Positions 18,052-26,812 of a DNA stretch of 38,514 nt are shown here, one piece after another (within the stretch, counting starts at the first letter, position 1; each line of letters begins with the position of its first letter). Both the position numbers and the translations under genes were made by a program. This stretch comes from Mycoplasmatota bacterium. GTDB taxonomy: Bacteria > Bacillota_I > Bacilli_A > Izemoplasmatales > Izemoplasmataceae. The notes beneath the pieces were generated by a model, which had not been told where the DNA came from, ran no database searches, and was given only the letters and a program-made list of their open reading frames with translations. The DNA lies in contig DAOVWR010000001.1 in NCBI GenBank assembly GCA_030636545.1, positions 1-38,514 of the forward strand, read 5' to 3'.

Positions 18052-19300
18052 CTTTATCATCCCTTAGTAAATAGATAGTATCTTTTCTTAGACTTTTCGC
18101 GGCTCTTGTAATATCATCCTTTGTAACTGAATTAATTCTACTTATAACTTCATCTATGTCAAATTTATCATGAAACAGAGAATCTCTACTAACTCGTGCA
18201 GCTAAACCAATGTTAGAATCTAAACTTTCAATATATCCGTTTATTTGCATTGTTTTAGTAATATTAAGGAATTCATCACTATAGTCTTGATCTATAATTT
18301 TTTGGATAATGTTATTGATTGTTTCTAATACAACTGAGTAATCTGTTTTATTGATACCTGAAACAATAAATAGTACACCCTTATATGGATCATAACTACT
18401 ACTTATAAAGTAAACTAATCCTAAATTATCTCTTATTTCTTTAAAAAGTAAGCTTTCACCTGTTCCGCCAAATAGTGTATTAAACATTATTGCTCCTAAA
18501 TAATTTTCTGTATGATAATAAGCATCTATTCGGTAACCTATTACAAGTTTTGCTTGATTTACATCGATTTTATTAATTATTTCTGTTACTTTTGTAAAAT
18601 CTTTTGTTGATTTGTCAATTAGAACAGGAATATATGTTCTTTCTTTAAAAGAGAAATGCTCTGATATTGATTTTTCTACTATATCAAAATCAATATCACC
18701 AAGAACATTGATAATAATAGTGTCATTATCAATCATATTCTCATATGTTTTTAGACAACTGTCCAAGTCAACATCGTTTAATAAACTTTCTTCACCAAGG
18801 GCATTTAAACGGTATGTTTCATCTTTAAACATAACATTATTCATTTCTCTTACGGCATATTTTAACTTATTTGCGTAGATGCCATTAAAGTACTCTTTCA
18901 TTAATCGATATTCTTCGGAAAATATTGATTCTTTAAATAAAGGATTAAAGAGAACTTCTTTTAAAAACTCTAAGGCCTTATCAAATAGTAATTCATTATT
19001 TAATGTATATTGATCATTGATAAAAGATAGATCAAAGTTGATAAAGTGTGTTTTCGCAATTTTACTTACGCCCACATTAAAATGTGCTGCATACATGTTT
19101 TCCAAATAGGCAGACATTATTTCTCTTGAATTATATTTTTTTGAAATTGCTTTTAATAGATATGGAACTAATGACCTTTTAGATATAGTTAATTCAGATA
19201 AATCATTTCCAAATGATATTTGGAGACGATTGGTTTTGAATTTCTCTGTTTTTACCATATTTAAAGTATATCTATTTCCGTAAATTGTTTTTGTTTCCAT
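18044..19300 (-). CDS. M16-family peptidase-like protein, non-catalytic partner (YmfF-like, no HxxEH)
   Basis: 418-aa ORF of M16 size and architecture with no HxxEH motif anywhere. Translationally coupled to the catalytic paralog downstream. Confidence 0.75.
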   Translation of the reverse strand: METKTIYGNRYTLNMVKTEKFKTNRLQISFGNDLSELTISKRSLVPYLLKAISKKYNSREIMSAYLENMYAAHFNVGVSKIAKTHFINFDLSFINDQYTLNNELLFDKALEFLKEVLFNPLFKESIFSEEYRLMKEYFNGIYANKLKYAVREMNNVMFKDETYRLNALGEESLLNDVDLDSCLKTYENMIDNDTIIINVLGDIDFDIVEKSISEHFSFKERTYIPVLIDKSTKDFTKVTEIINKIDVNQAKLVIGYRIDAYYHTENYLGAIMFNTLFGGTGESLLFKEIRDNLGLVYFISSSYDPYKGVLFIVSGINKTDYSVVLETINNIIQKIIDQDYSDEFLNITKTMQINGYIESLDSNIGLAARVSRDSLFHDKFDIDEVISRINSVTKDDITRAAKSLRKDTIYLLRDDKDE

Positions 19301-19311
19301 AATTATCTCCT

Positions 19312-19338
19312 AAAAAAAGTGCTTTCGCACTCTTTTTT
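19312..19338 (-). terminator. Intrinsic terminator after deoD
   Basis: Minus strand GAGUGC-GAAA-GCACU followed by UUUUUUU, directly after the stop at 19341-19343. Confidence 0.7.
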
Positions 19339-19340
19339 AT

Positions 19341-20051
19341 TTATTCTGCCATTCCTAATGCAATATCCATCATTTTTGTGAAGGCAAATTGACGTTCTTC
19401 TGCAGTTGTTGCTTCATGAGTAACAAGTGAATCACTAACCGTTAATAAACAAGCAGCGTTTTTACCTAGTACTTTTGCGTTATGGAATAATGCGAATGAT
19501 TCCATTTCAACAGCTAAACATCCTTTTTCATCACGAATTTTTTCAAATTCTTTGAAGTTTTCACGATAGAACACATCTCCAGAATGAATTGGACATGTAT
19601 TTAATGGAATGTTTAAATCTTTTGCGATTTTTTGGAGTTTTCCATTTAATTCCTTACTTGGATAAGTTATATCGATATTATCTTTACCAGATTGAACATT
19701 GGCAAATGTTGATTCACTCCAAGAACTTTCTACTAATAAAACATCATATAGTGCTAATTGATCACTGTAAGCTCCACAACTTCCAATTCTTACAATATTT
19801 TCAACACCATAAAATTTGTATAGTTCATATGAATAAATACCAACACTAGGCATACCCATACCACTACCCATTACACTAATTTTCTTACCTTTGTATGTTC
19901 CTGTGTATCCAAACATATTACGAACATTATTAAACTTAACAACATTTTCTAAATATGTTTCAGCAATATACTTTGCACGAAGAGGATCTCCAGGCATTAA
20001 GACAGTTTTTTCAATTACATTTTCTTTTGCTTCAATGTGCGGTGTACTCAT
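19341..20051 (-). CDS. deoD: Purine nucleoside phosphorylase, DeoD type
   Basis: 236-aa ORF with MSTPHIEAK..., VMGSGMGMPS and VEMESFALF motifs. SD aggagg. Confidence 0.92.
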   Translation of the reverse strand: MSTPHIEAKENVIEKTVLMPGDPLRAKYIAETYLENVVKFNNVRNMFGYTGTYKGKKISVMGSGMGMPSVGIYSYELYKFYGVENIVRIGSCGAYSDQLALYDVLLVESSWSESTFANVQSGKDNIDITYPSKELNGKLQKIAKDLNIPLNTCPIHSGDVFYRENFKEFEKIRDEKGCLAVEMESFALFHNAKVLGKNAACLLTVSDSLVTHEATTAEERQFAFTKMMDIALGMAE

Positions 20052-20061
20052 AATTTTCCTC

Positions 20062-20721
20062 CTAATAGTCTGAATCTACTGTTTCACCCTTAACAAGTGA
20101 AATCCCACTACTAGTACCGATTCTAGTAGCTCCAGCATTAATCATATTTTCTAAATCTTCTTTACTTCTTACTCCACCACTAGCTTTTACTTCTTTTTCT
20201 TTGGCAACTTCTTTCATGATTTTTACATCTTCGATAGTAGCTCCACCAGTTCCAAAGCCAGTACTAGTTTTTACAAAATCAGCTTGTGCTCTAATTGAAG
20301 CAACACTTGCTAATCTGATTTCTTCTTTTGTTAAATAACATGTCTCTAAGATTACTTTTAATGTCTTATTAGGACAAGCTTCTCTTACGGCACTTACTTC
20401 TTCATAAATATAATCAAAGTCTTGTGCTTTAACGCGACCAACATTAAGAACCATATCAATCTCATCAGCTCCGTTTTCTATAGCGTCAATAGTTTCAAAT
20501 ACTTTTGTATTAATTGTATTTGCACCTAGTGGAAATCCAATTACTGTACAAACCAGTACATCAGTATCCGCTAGTAACTCATGGCTATGTTCAACCCAAA
20601 ACGGATTAACACAAACACTTTTAAAATCGTATTCAATTGCTTCTTCAATCAACTTATTAATTTCTTTTTCTGTTCCAAAAGCTTTTAAATAAGTATGATC
20701 AATTAATTTGTTCAATTTCAT
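20062..20721 (-). CDS. deoC: Deoxyribose-phosphate aldolase
   Basis: The track start is TTG 20739. ATG 20721 gives MKLNKLIDHTYLKA, the canonical DeoC start. Schiff-base lysine context FVKTSTGF and KASGGVR are present. It overlaps the upstream gene by 23 nt. Confidence 0.9.
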   Translation of the reverse strand: MKLNKLIDHTYLKAFGTEKEINKLIEEAIEYDFKSVCVNPFWVEHSHELLADTDVLVCTVIGFPLGANTINTKVFETIDAIENGADEIDMVLNVGRVKAQDFDYIYEEVSAVREACPNKTLKVILETCYLTKEEIRLASVASIRAQADFVKTSTGFGTGGATIEDVKIMKEVAKEKEVKASGGVRSKEDLENMINAGATRIGTSSGISLVKGETVDSDY

Positions 20722-21358
20722 ATAAACCAACCCTTTCAAATAGTTTCAAATATGTTTTAATAAATACGCCAACACTTAAGGAAAAAATCAGTGTGCCAAT
20801 ATTTACCATCCCAAACTGAATCCCGGCAATAAAGCCTAACATTATTGCTACAGCCACGGCTGTTATTTCCATTATAACACGAACTAATACTAAATTGTTA
20901 GTTTTAAGCAACCTCATTAAAGTTATCATAAATTCATCAAATACTCCAGCTGGAAATGATGAAATAATTAGTAATGATCCTCCAAAAGGTAAAAGAACTA
21001 AGCCAATAAAATATGTAATTATTCGCAAATAAATATTTATAGGTAAATAATTAACCAATAGATGTAAATTGAATAAATCAATTAATGCTCCTACTAATAA
21101 TATTGGGATTACCATGCCAATATACTTAGCATCTTTATTGGCAACTGTCACAAATACTGTAAAAATTATCGCAACAACTATTGTTGCTTTACCAATTGTA
21201 ATTCCCGTAAGGGCATGTAAACTATAATGCAATGTATCCCATGAACTTACTCCCATCATACTTCTAAGCATCATCACAACTGCGAAAGAAATTATGACAG
21301 CTCCAAGTAAGTATATAGAAATGTTTTTAAAGCTAAAGAGCATTTTATGCGTTTTCAT
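20699..21358 (-). CDS. YczE/DUF6198-like polytopic membrane protein, paralog 2
   Basis: The track start is TTG 21373. ATG 21358 follows SD ggaggg by 7 nt. Six predicted TM segments and a GVSSWDTLHYSL motif. Paralogous to the upstream gene. Confidence 0.6.
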   Translation of the reverse strand: MKTHKMLFSFKNISIYLLGAVIISFAVVMMLRSMMGVSSWDTLHYSLHALTGITIGKATIVVAIIFTVFVTVANKDAKYIGMVIPILLVGALIDLFNLHLLVNYLPINIYLRIITYFIGLVLLPFGGSLLIISSFPAGVFDEFMITLMRLLKTNNLVLVRVIMEITAVAVAIMLGFIAGIQFGMVNIGTLIFSLSVGVFIKTYLKLFERVGLYEIEQIN

Positions 21359-21989
21359 AGAGTGACCCTCCAAGTATTTTTAAATAGAATGCGAGTAATG
21401 GTCCTAGCACTAAAGCTATTAAAAGACTTCCAACACCTACTGCCCCAAATCCGACACCAGCTAGAAACCCAAATATTGTCCCAAGTGTAATTCCGGTAAT
21501 TTCGATTCCAACTCTAACTGCAGCAATTTTATCTGTTTTTAAAATTGCCATAATCATAATCATTAATTCATCAAATACAAAAGCGGGGTATTTTGATGCA
21601 ATAATGAAAGCTAGGCCAAGCGGAATCGTTAGGGCTCCAGTTAGATAAAACAAAATTCTTAATAAGATAGTTCCTGGAATATAATCTCCAAAGATAAGTA
21701 TATCCCAAAAATCTAATGATACACCAACAAGGATGATGGGAATAATCATAAAAATCAATTTCCATTTTCTTGTATAACCTAAGACAACTACCATTAATAA
21801 CGCTGCAACGATAACCGATGTTGTACCTAGTGTTAAATTAAGTAAAACACTTAGGTTTTTAGTAACTGTATCCCATGGTCCAGCTCCAAAGTTAGAAATA
21901 ATTGTTGAAGTAACTCCAAATCCCAAAATAAAAAAACCAAAAAAATAAAAGAAATTATTCTTATAGGTAAATTCAATTTTTCTATTCAT
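21345..21989 (-). CDS. YczE/DUF6198-like polytopic membrane protein, paralog 1
   Basis: 214-aa ORF with SD aggagg 6 nt before the ATG. GFGVTSTIISNFGAGPWDTVTKNLS resembles the G-x-G-x-PWD signature of the YczE family. Family assignment is from memory. Confidence 0.6.
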   Translation of the reverse strand: MNRKIEFTYKNNFFYFFGFFILGFGVTSTIISNFGAGPWDTVTKNLSVLLNLTLGTTSVIVAALLMVVVLGYTRKWKLIFMIIPIILVGVSLDFWDILIFGDYIPGTILLRILFYLTGALTIPLGLAFIIASKYPAFVFDELMIMIMAILKTDKIAAVRVGIEITGITLGTIFGFLAGVGFGAVGVGSLLIALVLGPLLAFYLKILGGSLYENA

Positions 21990-22075
21990 CTGGCACCTCC
22001 TAAAATTGTATTATCGCTATTAAGTCAATTTTAGGGGACTTGTGACTCCTAACCATATTTTAGGATTAACGATTA
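21990..22075 (-). promoter_or_regulatory. Structured 5' leader with duplicated CCUAAAAU boxes that can sequester the SD of the deo operon; unclassified
   Basis: Leader RNA: uaaucguuaAUCCUAAAAUaugguUAGGAGucacaaguCCCCUAAAAUUgacuuaauagcgauaauacAAUUUUAGGAGGugccagAUG. Box A2 (22037-22027) pairs 9 bp with the SD region (22007-21996). Box A1 (22066-22057) pairs 6 bp with the pseudo-SD UUAGGA (22052-22047), which can alternatively pair with A2. Confidence 0.45.
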
Positions 22076-22079
22076 ATTA

Positions 22080-22108
22080 ATTTTACCTAATAATCAATAT
22101 AAAATCAA
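22080..22108 (-). promoter_or_regulatory. Promoter of the yczE-like/deoC/deoD operon
   Basis: Minus strand TTGATT - 17 nt - TAAAAT (-35 at 22108-22103, -10 at 22085-22080). Confidence 0.55.
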
Positions 22109-22151
22109 TAAGTTTAACTTATTAATAAAGAAAAAGCAAACAACCGCTTGC

Positions 22152-23165
22152 TTAGTCTGTATATTTAGTAATTTCAAAGGTTATTACATCTTCTGTTGTT
22201 GCCTCTCTATCGGCATAATCAATTTCTATAGTTGTTTGTGCTAAAGATATTTTATAACTTTTTTCATCAACAAAGAAAATAAAGTTATTGCCGTCATACC
22301 TACCACCATAGTTTAATTCATAAAACGCTACAATTTGAGCTATCGTATATTCATAGACAAATCCAGATATTACAGAGAACTCTGGTTCAAAACAGTTTTC
22401 TGTTAACAAATCAGTACAAACCTCTTCTGTATGAGCTGTATTATTTTCAGTATCTTCAATAATTCTCATATAGTACCCTAAATCTTTTAAATCATCATCC
22501 TTTTCACTGTAAGTTGATGGCCACATTCCGACTTTTGGTGGTAAAGGAATAATATGAGTTATATATTTAGTAAGAATAGCTTGCTCTGAGACATAATCGT
22601 TGTCGGCTGGTAAATACTCTTTCAAATATGCTTCATGAATGTCATAAGAAATAATTGATAAGTAATAAGGAATAATAATTAAATCGCCATCATGATAAAA
22701 CTCGGTATAAGAAAATATTATTCTTAAACCATTTTCAATAGCTATAAAAGCATCTACATCATAGATATATCCATCAACACTAATTTTCGATAAATTAAAA
22801 TTACTATCTGTTGCTCCTAAAGATAGTCTTAACTCATCTCCATAAACTTCATTTCTATATTTGTCGTAAACAATATAGTCTTCATAGTATTCTAAAAAAG
22901 CAATGAACTCATCACTGATTTCTTGATAGTTATTAATTGATGTAAAGGTATAATTTCGGTCAATTAGTCCAATGAAAAAATAATATTCTTTGGAAAAAGT
23001 GTATTCAAACAGCTGTGAAGTGGTACGACCATTATAATAATCAAATAATAATGTATCACTTAACACAATTTCTGTTTCTGGTAAGGCACTATAAGGGTTT
23101 TGAGAACAAGATGATAGTATAAATATACTAACACTTACTAAAATTAATAAAATTATTTTTTTCAT
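22152..23165 (-). CDS. Hypothetical lipoprotein, no recognised domain
   Basis: The track start is GTG 23174. ATG 23165 gives MKKIILLILVSVSIFILSSC, a signal peptide plus lipobox. The mature part is rich in Tyr, Asp and Glu. TATAAT and SD aggaag are upstream. Confidence 0.7.
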   Translation of the reverse strand: MKKIILLILVSVSIFILSSCSQNPYSALPETEIVLSDTLLFDYYNGRTTSQLFEYTFSKEYYFFIGLIDRNYTFTSINNYQEISDEFIAFLEYYEDYIVYDKYRNEVYGDELRLSLGATDSNFNLSKISVDGYIYDVDAFIAIENGLRIIFSYTEFYHDGDLIIIPYYLSIISYDIHEAYLKEYLPADNDYVSEQAILTKYITHIIPLPPKVGMWPSTYSEKDDDLKDLGYYMRIIEDTENNTAHTEEVCTDLLTENCFEPEFSVISGFVYEYTIAQIVAFYELNYGGRYDGNNFIFFVDEKSYKISLAQTTIEIDYADREATTEDVITFEITKYTD

Positions 23166-23192
23166 ATATATCACTTCCTATTACATTATAAC

Positions 23193-23218
23193 AAAAAAGT
23201 CTGAAAAATCAGACTTTT
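23193..23218 (-). terminator. Intrinsic terminator after ileS
   Basis: aaaagtctga-aaaa-tcagactttt: a perfect 10-bp stem. On the minus strand it is followed by UUUUUUG. Confidence 0.8.
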
Positions 23219-23222
23219 AAGA

Positions 23223-25946
23223 TTATTTTATTATATTTTCGCATCTTTCACAGAGTCCTTCGTGTGTATGATCAACTATTTGCCAACATCTATCACATGT
23301 TTCTCCTGCTGCTTTTTCAACATCAATTGAGAGATTGTTAAACTTATATATTCCCTGTCCTTCTTTCATTTCAAATTGTGAAACGATAAACATTTGTCCA
23401 AGGTTTGCGTTCATTGAATTTAGTAATTCCTTAACTTCACCACTTGGGTAAAGAGTTAATTTAGCATTAAAGCTTTTACCAATTACTTTCTCATTTCTAG
23501 CTACTTCTAAAGCTTTTAAGACACTATCTCTAACTACCATAAAATTTTCATATTTAGTAATAATTTCTTCATTACCTAGTTCAACATACTTTGGCATATT
23601 TTCTAAATACATGTTTTCTTCAGCTCGATATGGTAAATGTTTATAAGCTTCATGAGTTGTATGAGGAATCATTGGTGTTAAAAGTTTAAGTAATGTTGTT
23701 GTAATGTCATAAAGAACTGTTTGAATACTACGTCGATCATGATTGTTTGATTTTTCTATATATAATACATCTTTAGTGAAATCTAAGTAAAAAGCACTTA
23801 ACTCTCTAGTTACAAAGTTGTTAATCCCGCGAGCTAATGAATCAAACTCAAAATGATCATAACGATTAATTGTTTCTTTAACTAAAATATTTAGTTTTAA
23901 AGTAACATATTTATCTACTTCATTTAGGTCGTCGAACTCAACTCGATCTTTTAATGGACTAAAGTCATACAGATTTCCAAGCATGAAACGAATTGTATTT
24001 CTTATTTTACGATAAGATTCACTTACTTGTTTCATCATTTCATTACTTATTCTAACATCACTTTGGTAATCAACACTAGCTACCCATAGACGTAATATAT
24101 CAGCACCACTTTGTTTCATCACTTTAAGGGGATCAATAGCGTTACCGAGTGATTTAGACATCTTTTTACCATCGCCATCTAAAACAAATCCATGTGTTAA
24201 ACAAGTTTTATAAGGGCTTTTACCCATAGAGGCAACACCTGTTGATAAACTACTATTGAACCAACCACGGTATTGGTCGCTTCCTTCTAAATACAAATCA
24301 CTTGGATAAGGATAACCATAATCTTTCATTCCACCATGATGTGATGTTCCTGAATCAAACCAAACATCTAAAATATCTGTTTCTTTTGTGAATAATCCCT
24401 TAGGTGAAGCAGGATTTGTATAACCTTTAGGTAATAATTCTTTGGCACTCATTGTGTACCAAGCGTTAGAACCTTCTTTTTCAAAGACGTTTGCTACATG
24501 ATTAATAACCTCTTTATCAAGTATTTCCGTTCCATCTTCATTATAGAATACAGGAATTGGAACTCCCCAAGTTCTTTGGCGAGATATACACCAGGCTTTT
24601 CTATCTTTAACCATGTTTGTCATTTTTAATTCTCCCCATTTAGGGTACCAAGTAATATTTTCAATTTCTTTTAGCATAGCTACTTTTAATGATTCAATTG
24701 ACGCAAACCATTGAGCTGTAGCTCTGAATATTACTGGTTTTTTAGTACGCCAATCATGAGGATAACTATGTGTAATCCAGACCATTTTCAATAAATATCC
24801 TAAACTATCAAGATCAGCTACAACACTTTTATTACATACTTCGATGAATTGTCCTTCATATTGAACTGCTTCTTTAGTCATGTGACCTTTAGCATCAACT
24901 GGACATAAAACATCTAAACCATAATTTTGTCCTATTATGAAGTCATCTTCTCCATGTCCTGGAGCGGTATGAACTAATCCAGTTCCACCTTCAACTGTAA
25001 CATGGTGTCCTAAGACAATTGGGCTTATTCTATCATATAAAGGATGTTTATAACTCATTCCTTCAAGAACTTGTCCTTTTACTTCTTTTAATACTTCAAC
25101 TTTTTCCCATTCTAAGAGAGTAGCTAATTCATTAATTAAATCAGTAGCTACTAAATAATTATGTTGATCATTTACTCTAATGAATGAGTAAAGTAATTGA
25201 TCTCCTACTGCGATTGCTAGGTTTCCTGGAATAGTCCAAGGAGTTGTTGTCCAAATTAAGAATTGGAAATCTTCTTCAAAGACATTTAGTTTTTCAACAG
25301 CGTCCATCGCTACATAGATTGATGGAGATTTTTTATCATGATATTCAATTTCTGCTTCTGCTAGTGCTGTTTCACTAGATGGAGACCAAAATATTGGTTT
25401 TAATCCTTTAAAGATTAAACCTTTTTCAACCATTGAAGCAAATATTTTAAGTTGTGAAGCTTCATATTTTGAGTCCAAAGTTATATAAGGATTATCCCAT
25501 TCACCTAAAATACCTAATCTTTTGAATTGGCCTTTTTGTTTCTCAACTTGTTCAAGAGCATAGTCAGCACACATTTTTCTGAATTCTACTTTATCAATTA
25601 GATTACGATTAATCTTTTTTGTTTTAACTAAAGCTGTTTCGATAGGAAGACCATGTGTATCCCAACCTGGTACATATCTAGTATAAAAACCTTGCATGCT
25701 TTTATATCTTAAAATAAAATCTTTTAAGGTTTTGTTTAAAGCATGGCCGATATGAATATCACCGTTTGCGTATGGTGGTCCATCATGTAAGACATATTCA
25801 GTGTTTTCTTTGTTTTTAGCTAAACGTTTGTTGTAAAGATCAATTTCATTCCATTCTTCTTGAATCTTTGGTTCATTATTCCCTAAGTTTCCCCGCATTG
25901 GGAAAGCTGTTTTTGGTAATAATAAACTGTCTTTGTAATCATTCAT
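23223..25946 (-). CDS. ileS: Isoleucine--tRNA ligase
   Basis: 907-aa ORF with HIGHAL and KMSKS class-I motifs and a C-terminal zinc knuckle (CDRCWQ...CERCENI). Confidence 0.97.
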   Translation of the reverse strand: MNDYKDSLLLPKTAFPMRGNLGNNEPKIQEEWNEIDLYNKRLAKNKENTEYVLHDGPPYANGDIHIGHALNKTLKDFILRYKSMQGFYTRYVPGWDTHGLPIETALVKTKKINRNLIDKVEFRKMCADYALEQVEKQKGQFKRLGILGEWDNPYITLDSKYEASQLKIFASMVEKGLIFKGLKPIFWSPSSETALAEAEIEYHDKKSPSIYVAMDAVEKLNVFEEDFQFLIWTTTPWTIPGNLAIAVGDQLLYSFIRVNDQHNYLVATDLINELATLLEWEKVEVLKEVKGQVLEGMSYKHPLYDRISPIVLGHHVTVEGGTGLVHTAPGHGEDDFIIGQNYGLDVLCPVDAKGHMTKEAVQYEGQFIEVCNKSVVADLDSLGYLLKMVWITHSYPHDWRTKKPVIFRATAQWFASIESLKVAMLKEIENITWYPKWGELKMTNMVKDRKAWCISRQRTWGVPIPVFYNEDGTEILDKEVINHVANVFEKEGSNAWYTMSAKELLPKGYTNPASPKGLFTKETDILDVWFDSGTSHHGGMKDYGYPYPSDLYLEGSDQYRGWFNSSLSTGVASMGKSPYKTCLTHGFVLDGDGKKMSKSLGNAIDPLKVMKQSGADILRLWVASVDYQSDVRISNEMMKQVSESYRKIRNTIRFMLGNLYDFSPLKDRVEFDDLNEVDKYVTLKLNILVKETINRYDHFEFDSLARGINNFVTRELSAFYLDFTKDVLYIEKSNNHDRRSIQTVLYDITTTLLKLLTPMIPHTTHEAYKHLPYRAEENMYLENMPKYVELGNEEIITKYENFMVVRDSVLKALEVARNEKVIGKSFNAKLTLYPSGEVKELLNSMNANLGQMFIVSQFEMKEGQGIYKFNNLSIDVEKAAGETCDRCWQIVDHTHEGLCERCENIIK

Positions 25947-25965
25947 TTTTATTCACTCCTTTATA

Positions 25966-26190
25966 ATAAAAAAAATCGCCCTTAAAAATAAGGACGAATT
26001 ATACTCCGCGGTACCACCTTGGTTCTAGTTATTACTAGCTCTCATCTCGATAACGGTGAGTTCCGGAAATTCTTAATAATTTTTCAGAATTTCGCTCATA
26101 GGGGATACGTTTAATATTGGTTATCCAAGTTTTCAGCTACCCTTGGTCTCTTTAATAAACAATTTATTAAACACTTGTCCTAGTCATTGC
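25966..26190 (-). promoter_or_regulatory. T-box leader (tRNA-Ile sensing) with terminator/antiterminator
   Basis: Minus strand carries the T-box sequence AACCAAGGUGGUACCGCGGAG (26024-26004). The terminator is UCGUCCUUA-UUUU-UAAGGGCGA plus U8 (25997-25966). My Stem I model has a K-turn (UGA/UGAG), an AGAGA bulge and the distal loop GGUAGCUGAAAA, and places AUC (26106-26104) in the specifier loop. Confidence 0.88.
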
Positions 26191-26255
26191 TTTTTATACT
26201 TTACATTTTAACAAAATAAATCTAAAAAACAATACTTTTAAGGATATTTTTTAGA

Positions 26256-26516
26256 TTAACTTAGTGTTGCGATCATTTGACCTAAATAATTTAGACCTAA
26301 TGTGTATAACATAAAACCTAAAATTGGCGTAAAATCCATTTGTCCAAAAACTAATAATCCTCTAAAAATACGCATGTAAGGATTAGCGATTTTATGAATT
26401 GTATAGTATACTTTTGATTTTCTAAATTCTGGAAACCAAGATCCAAGTACATAGATAATTAATATCCAGTAGTAGATTTCTAGTATCCAATGAATTATTG
26501 TTAGTAATAAAACCAT
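26256..26516 (-). CDS. yggT: YggT/YlmG family membrane protein
   Basis: 86-aa two-TM protein. SD aaggag. Its position after sepF matches the conserved ylm cluster order. Confidence 0.8.
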   Translation of the reverse strand: MVLLLTIIHWILEIYYWILIIYVLGSWFPEFRKSKVYYTIHKIANPYMRIFRGLLVFGQMDFTPILGFMLYTLGLNYLGQMIATLS

Positions 26517-26521
26517 AATTG

Positions 26522-26809
26522 TTACTCCTTATATTCTCCTACAAATTTTCGCAATGTTCCATCTTTATAATCAGTTTTTGTTGCGAATAAAAAGATTTGT
26601 GGTTGGATTATTTCGATTTCACCATCAAGAGCGTAAATAACTCCGCTTAAGAAAGTTATTACTTTATTTGCCTCAATTTCGTTATAATCTTCAAAATTAA
26701 TAATTAGAGGAATCCCTTTTAAAAGCTTATTAGCAAGTTTCATAACGTCTACTTGTTTCTCCATAGTAATGAAGCCGACACGATCAATTGCTTTTTTGTT
26801 TTTAGCCAT
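26522..26809 (-). CDS. sepF: Cell division protein SepF, core (DUF552) domain only
   Basis: 95-aa ORF. IPLIINFEDYNEIEANKVITFLSGVIYALDGEIEIIQPQIFLFAT aligns with the FtsZ-binding core of SepF. Only about 10 residues precede the core. It starts 4 nt after the yggS stop. Confidence 0.78.
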   Translation of the reverse strand: MAKNKKAIDRVGFITMEKQVDVMKLANKLLKGIPLIINFEDYNEIEANKVITFLSGVIYALDGEIEIIQPQIFLFATKTDYKDGTLRKFVGEYKE

Positions 26810-26812
26810 TAT

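Noticed and set aside
18612-18878. 88-aa plus-strand ORF
   Set aside because: Antisense inside the M16 peptidase-like gene.
19589-20073. 86-aa and 60-aa plus-strand ORFs (19589..19849, 19891..20073)
   Set aside because: Antisense to deoD and the deoC 3' end. No signals.
21571-21765. 64-aa minus-strand ORF
   Set aside because: Alternative frame inside the YczE-like gene 21345..21989. No SD, and implausible composition.
26151-26172. Local 9-bp hairpin UUUAAUAAA-UUG-UUUAUUAAA, considered as a terminator for yggT
   Set aside because: No U-tract follows it. Its 5' arm is better explained as part of T-box Stem I, pairing with UAUUAAAC at 26111-26118.
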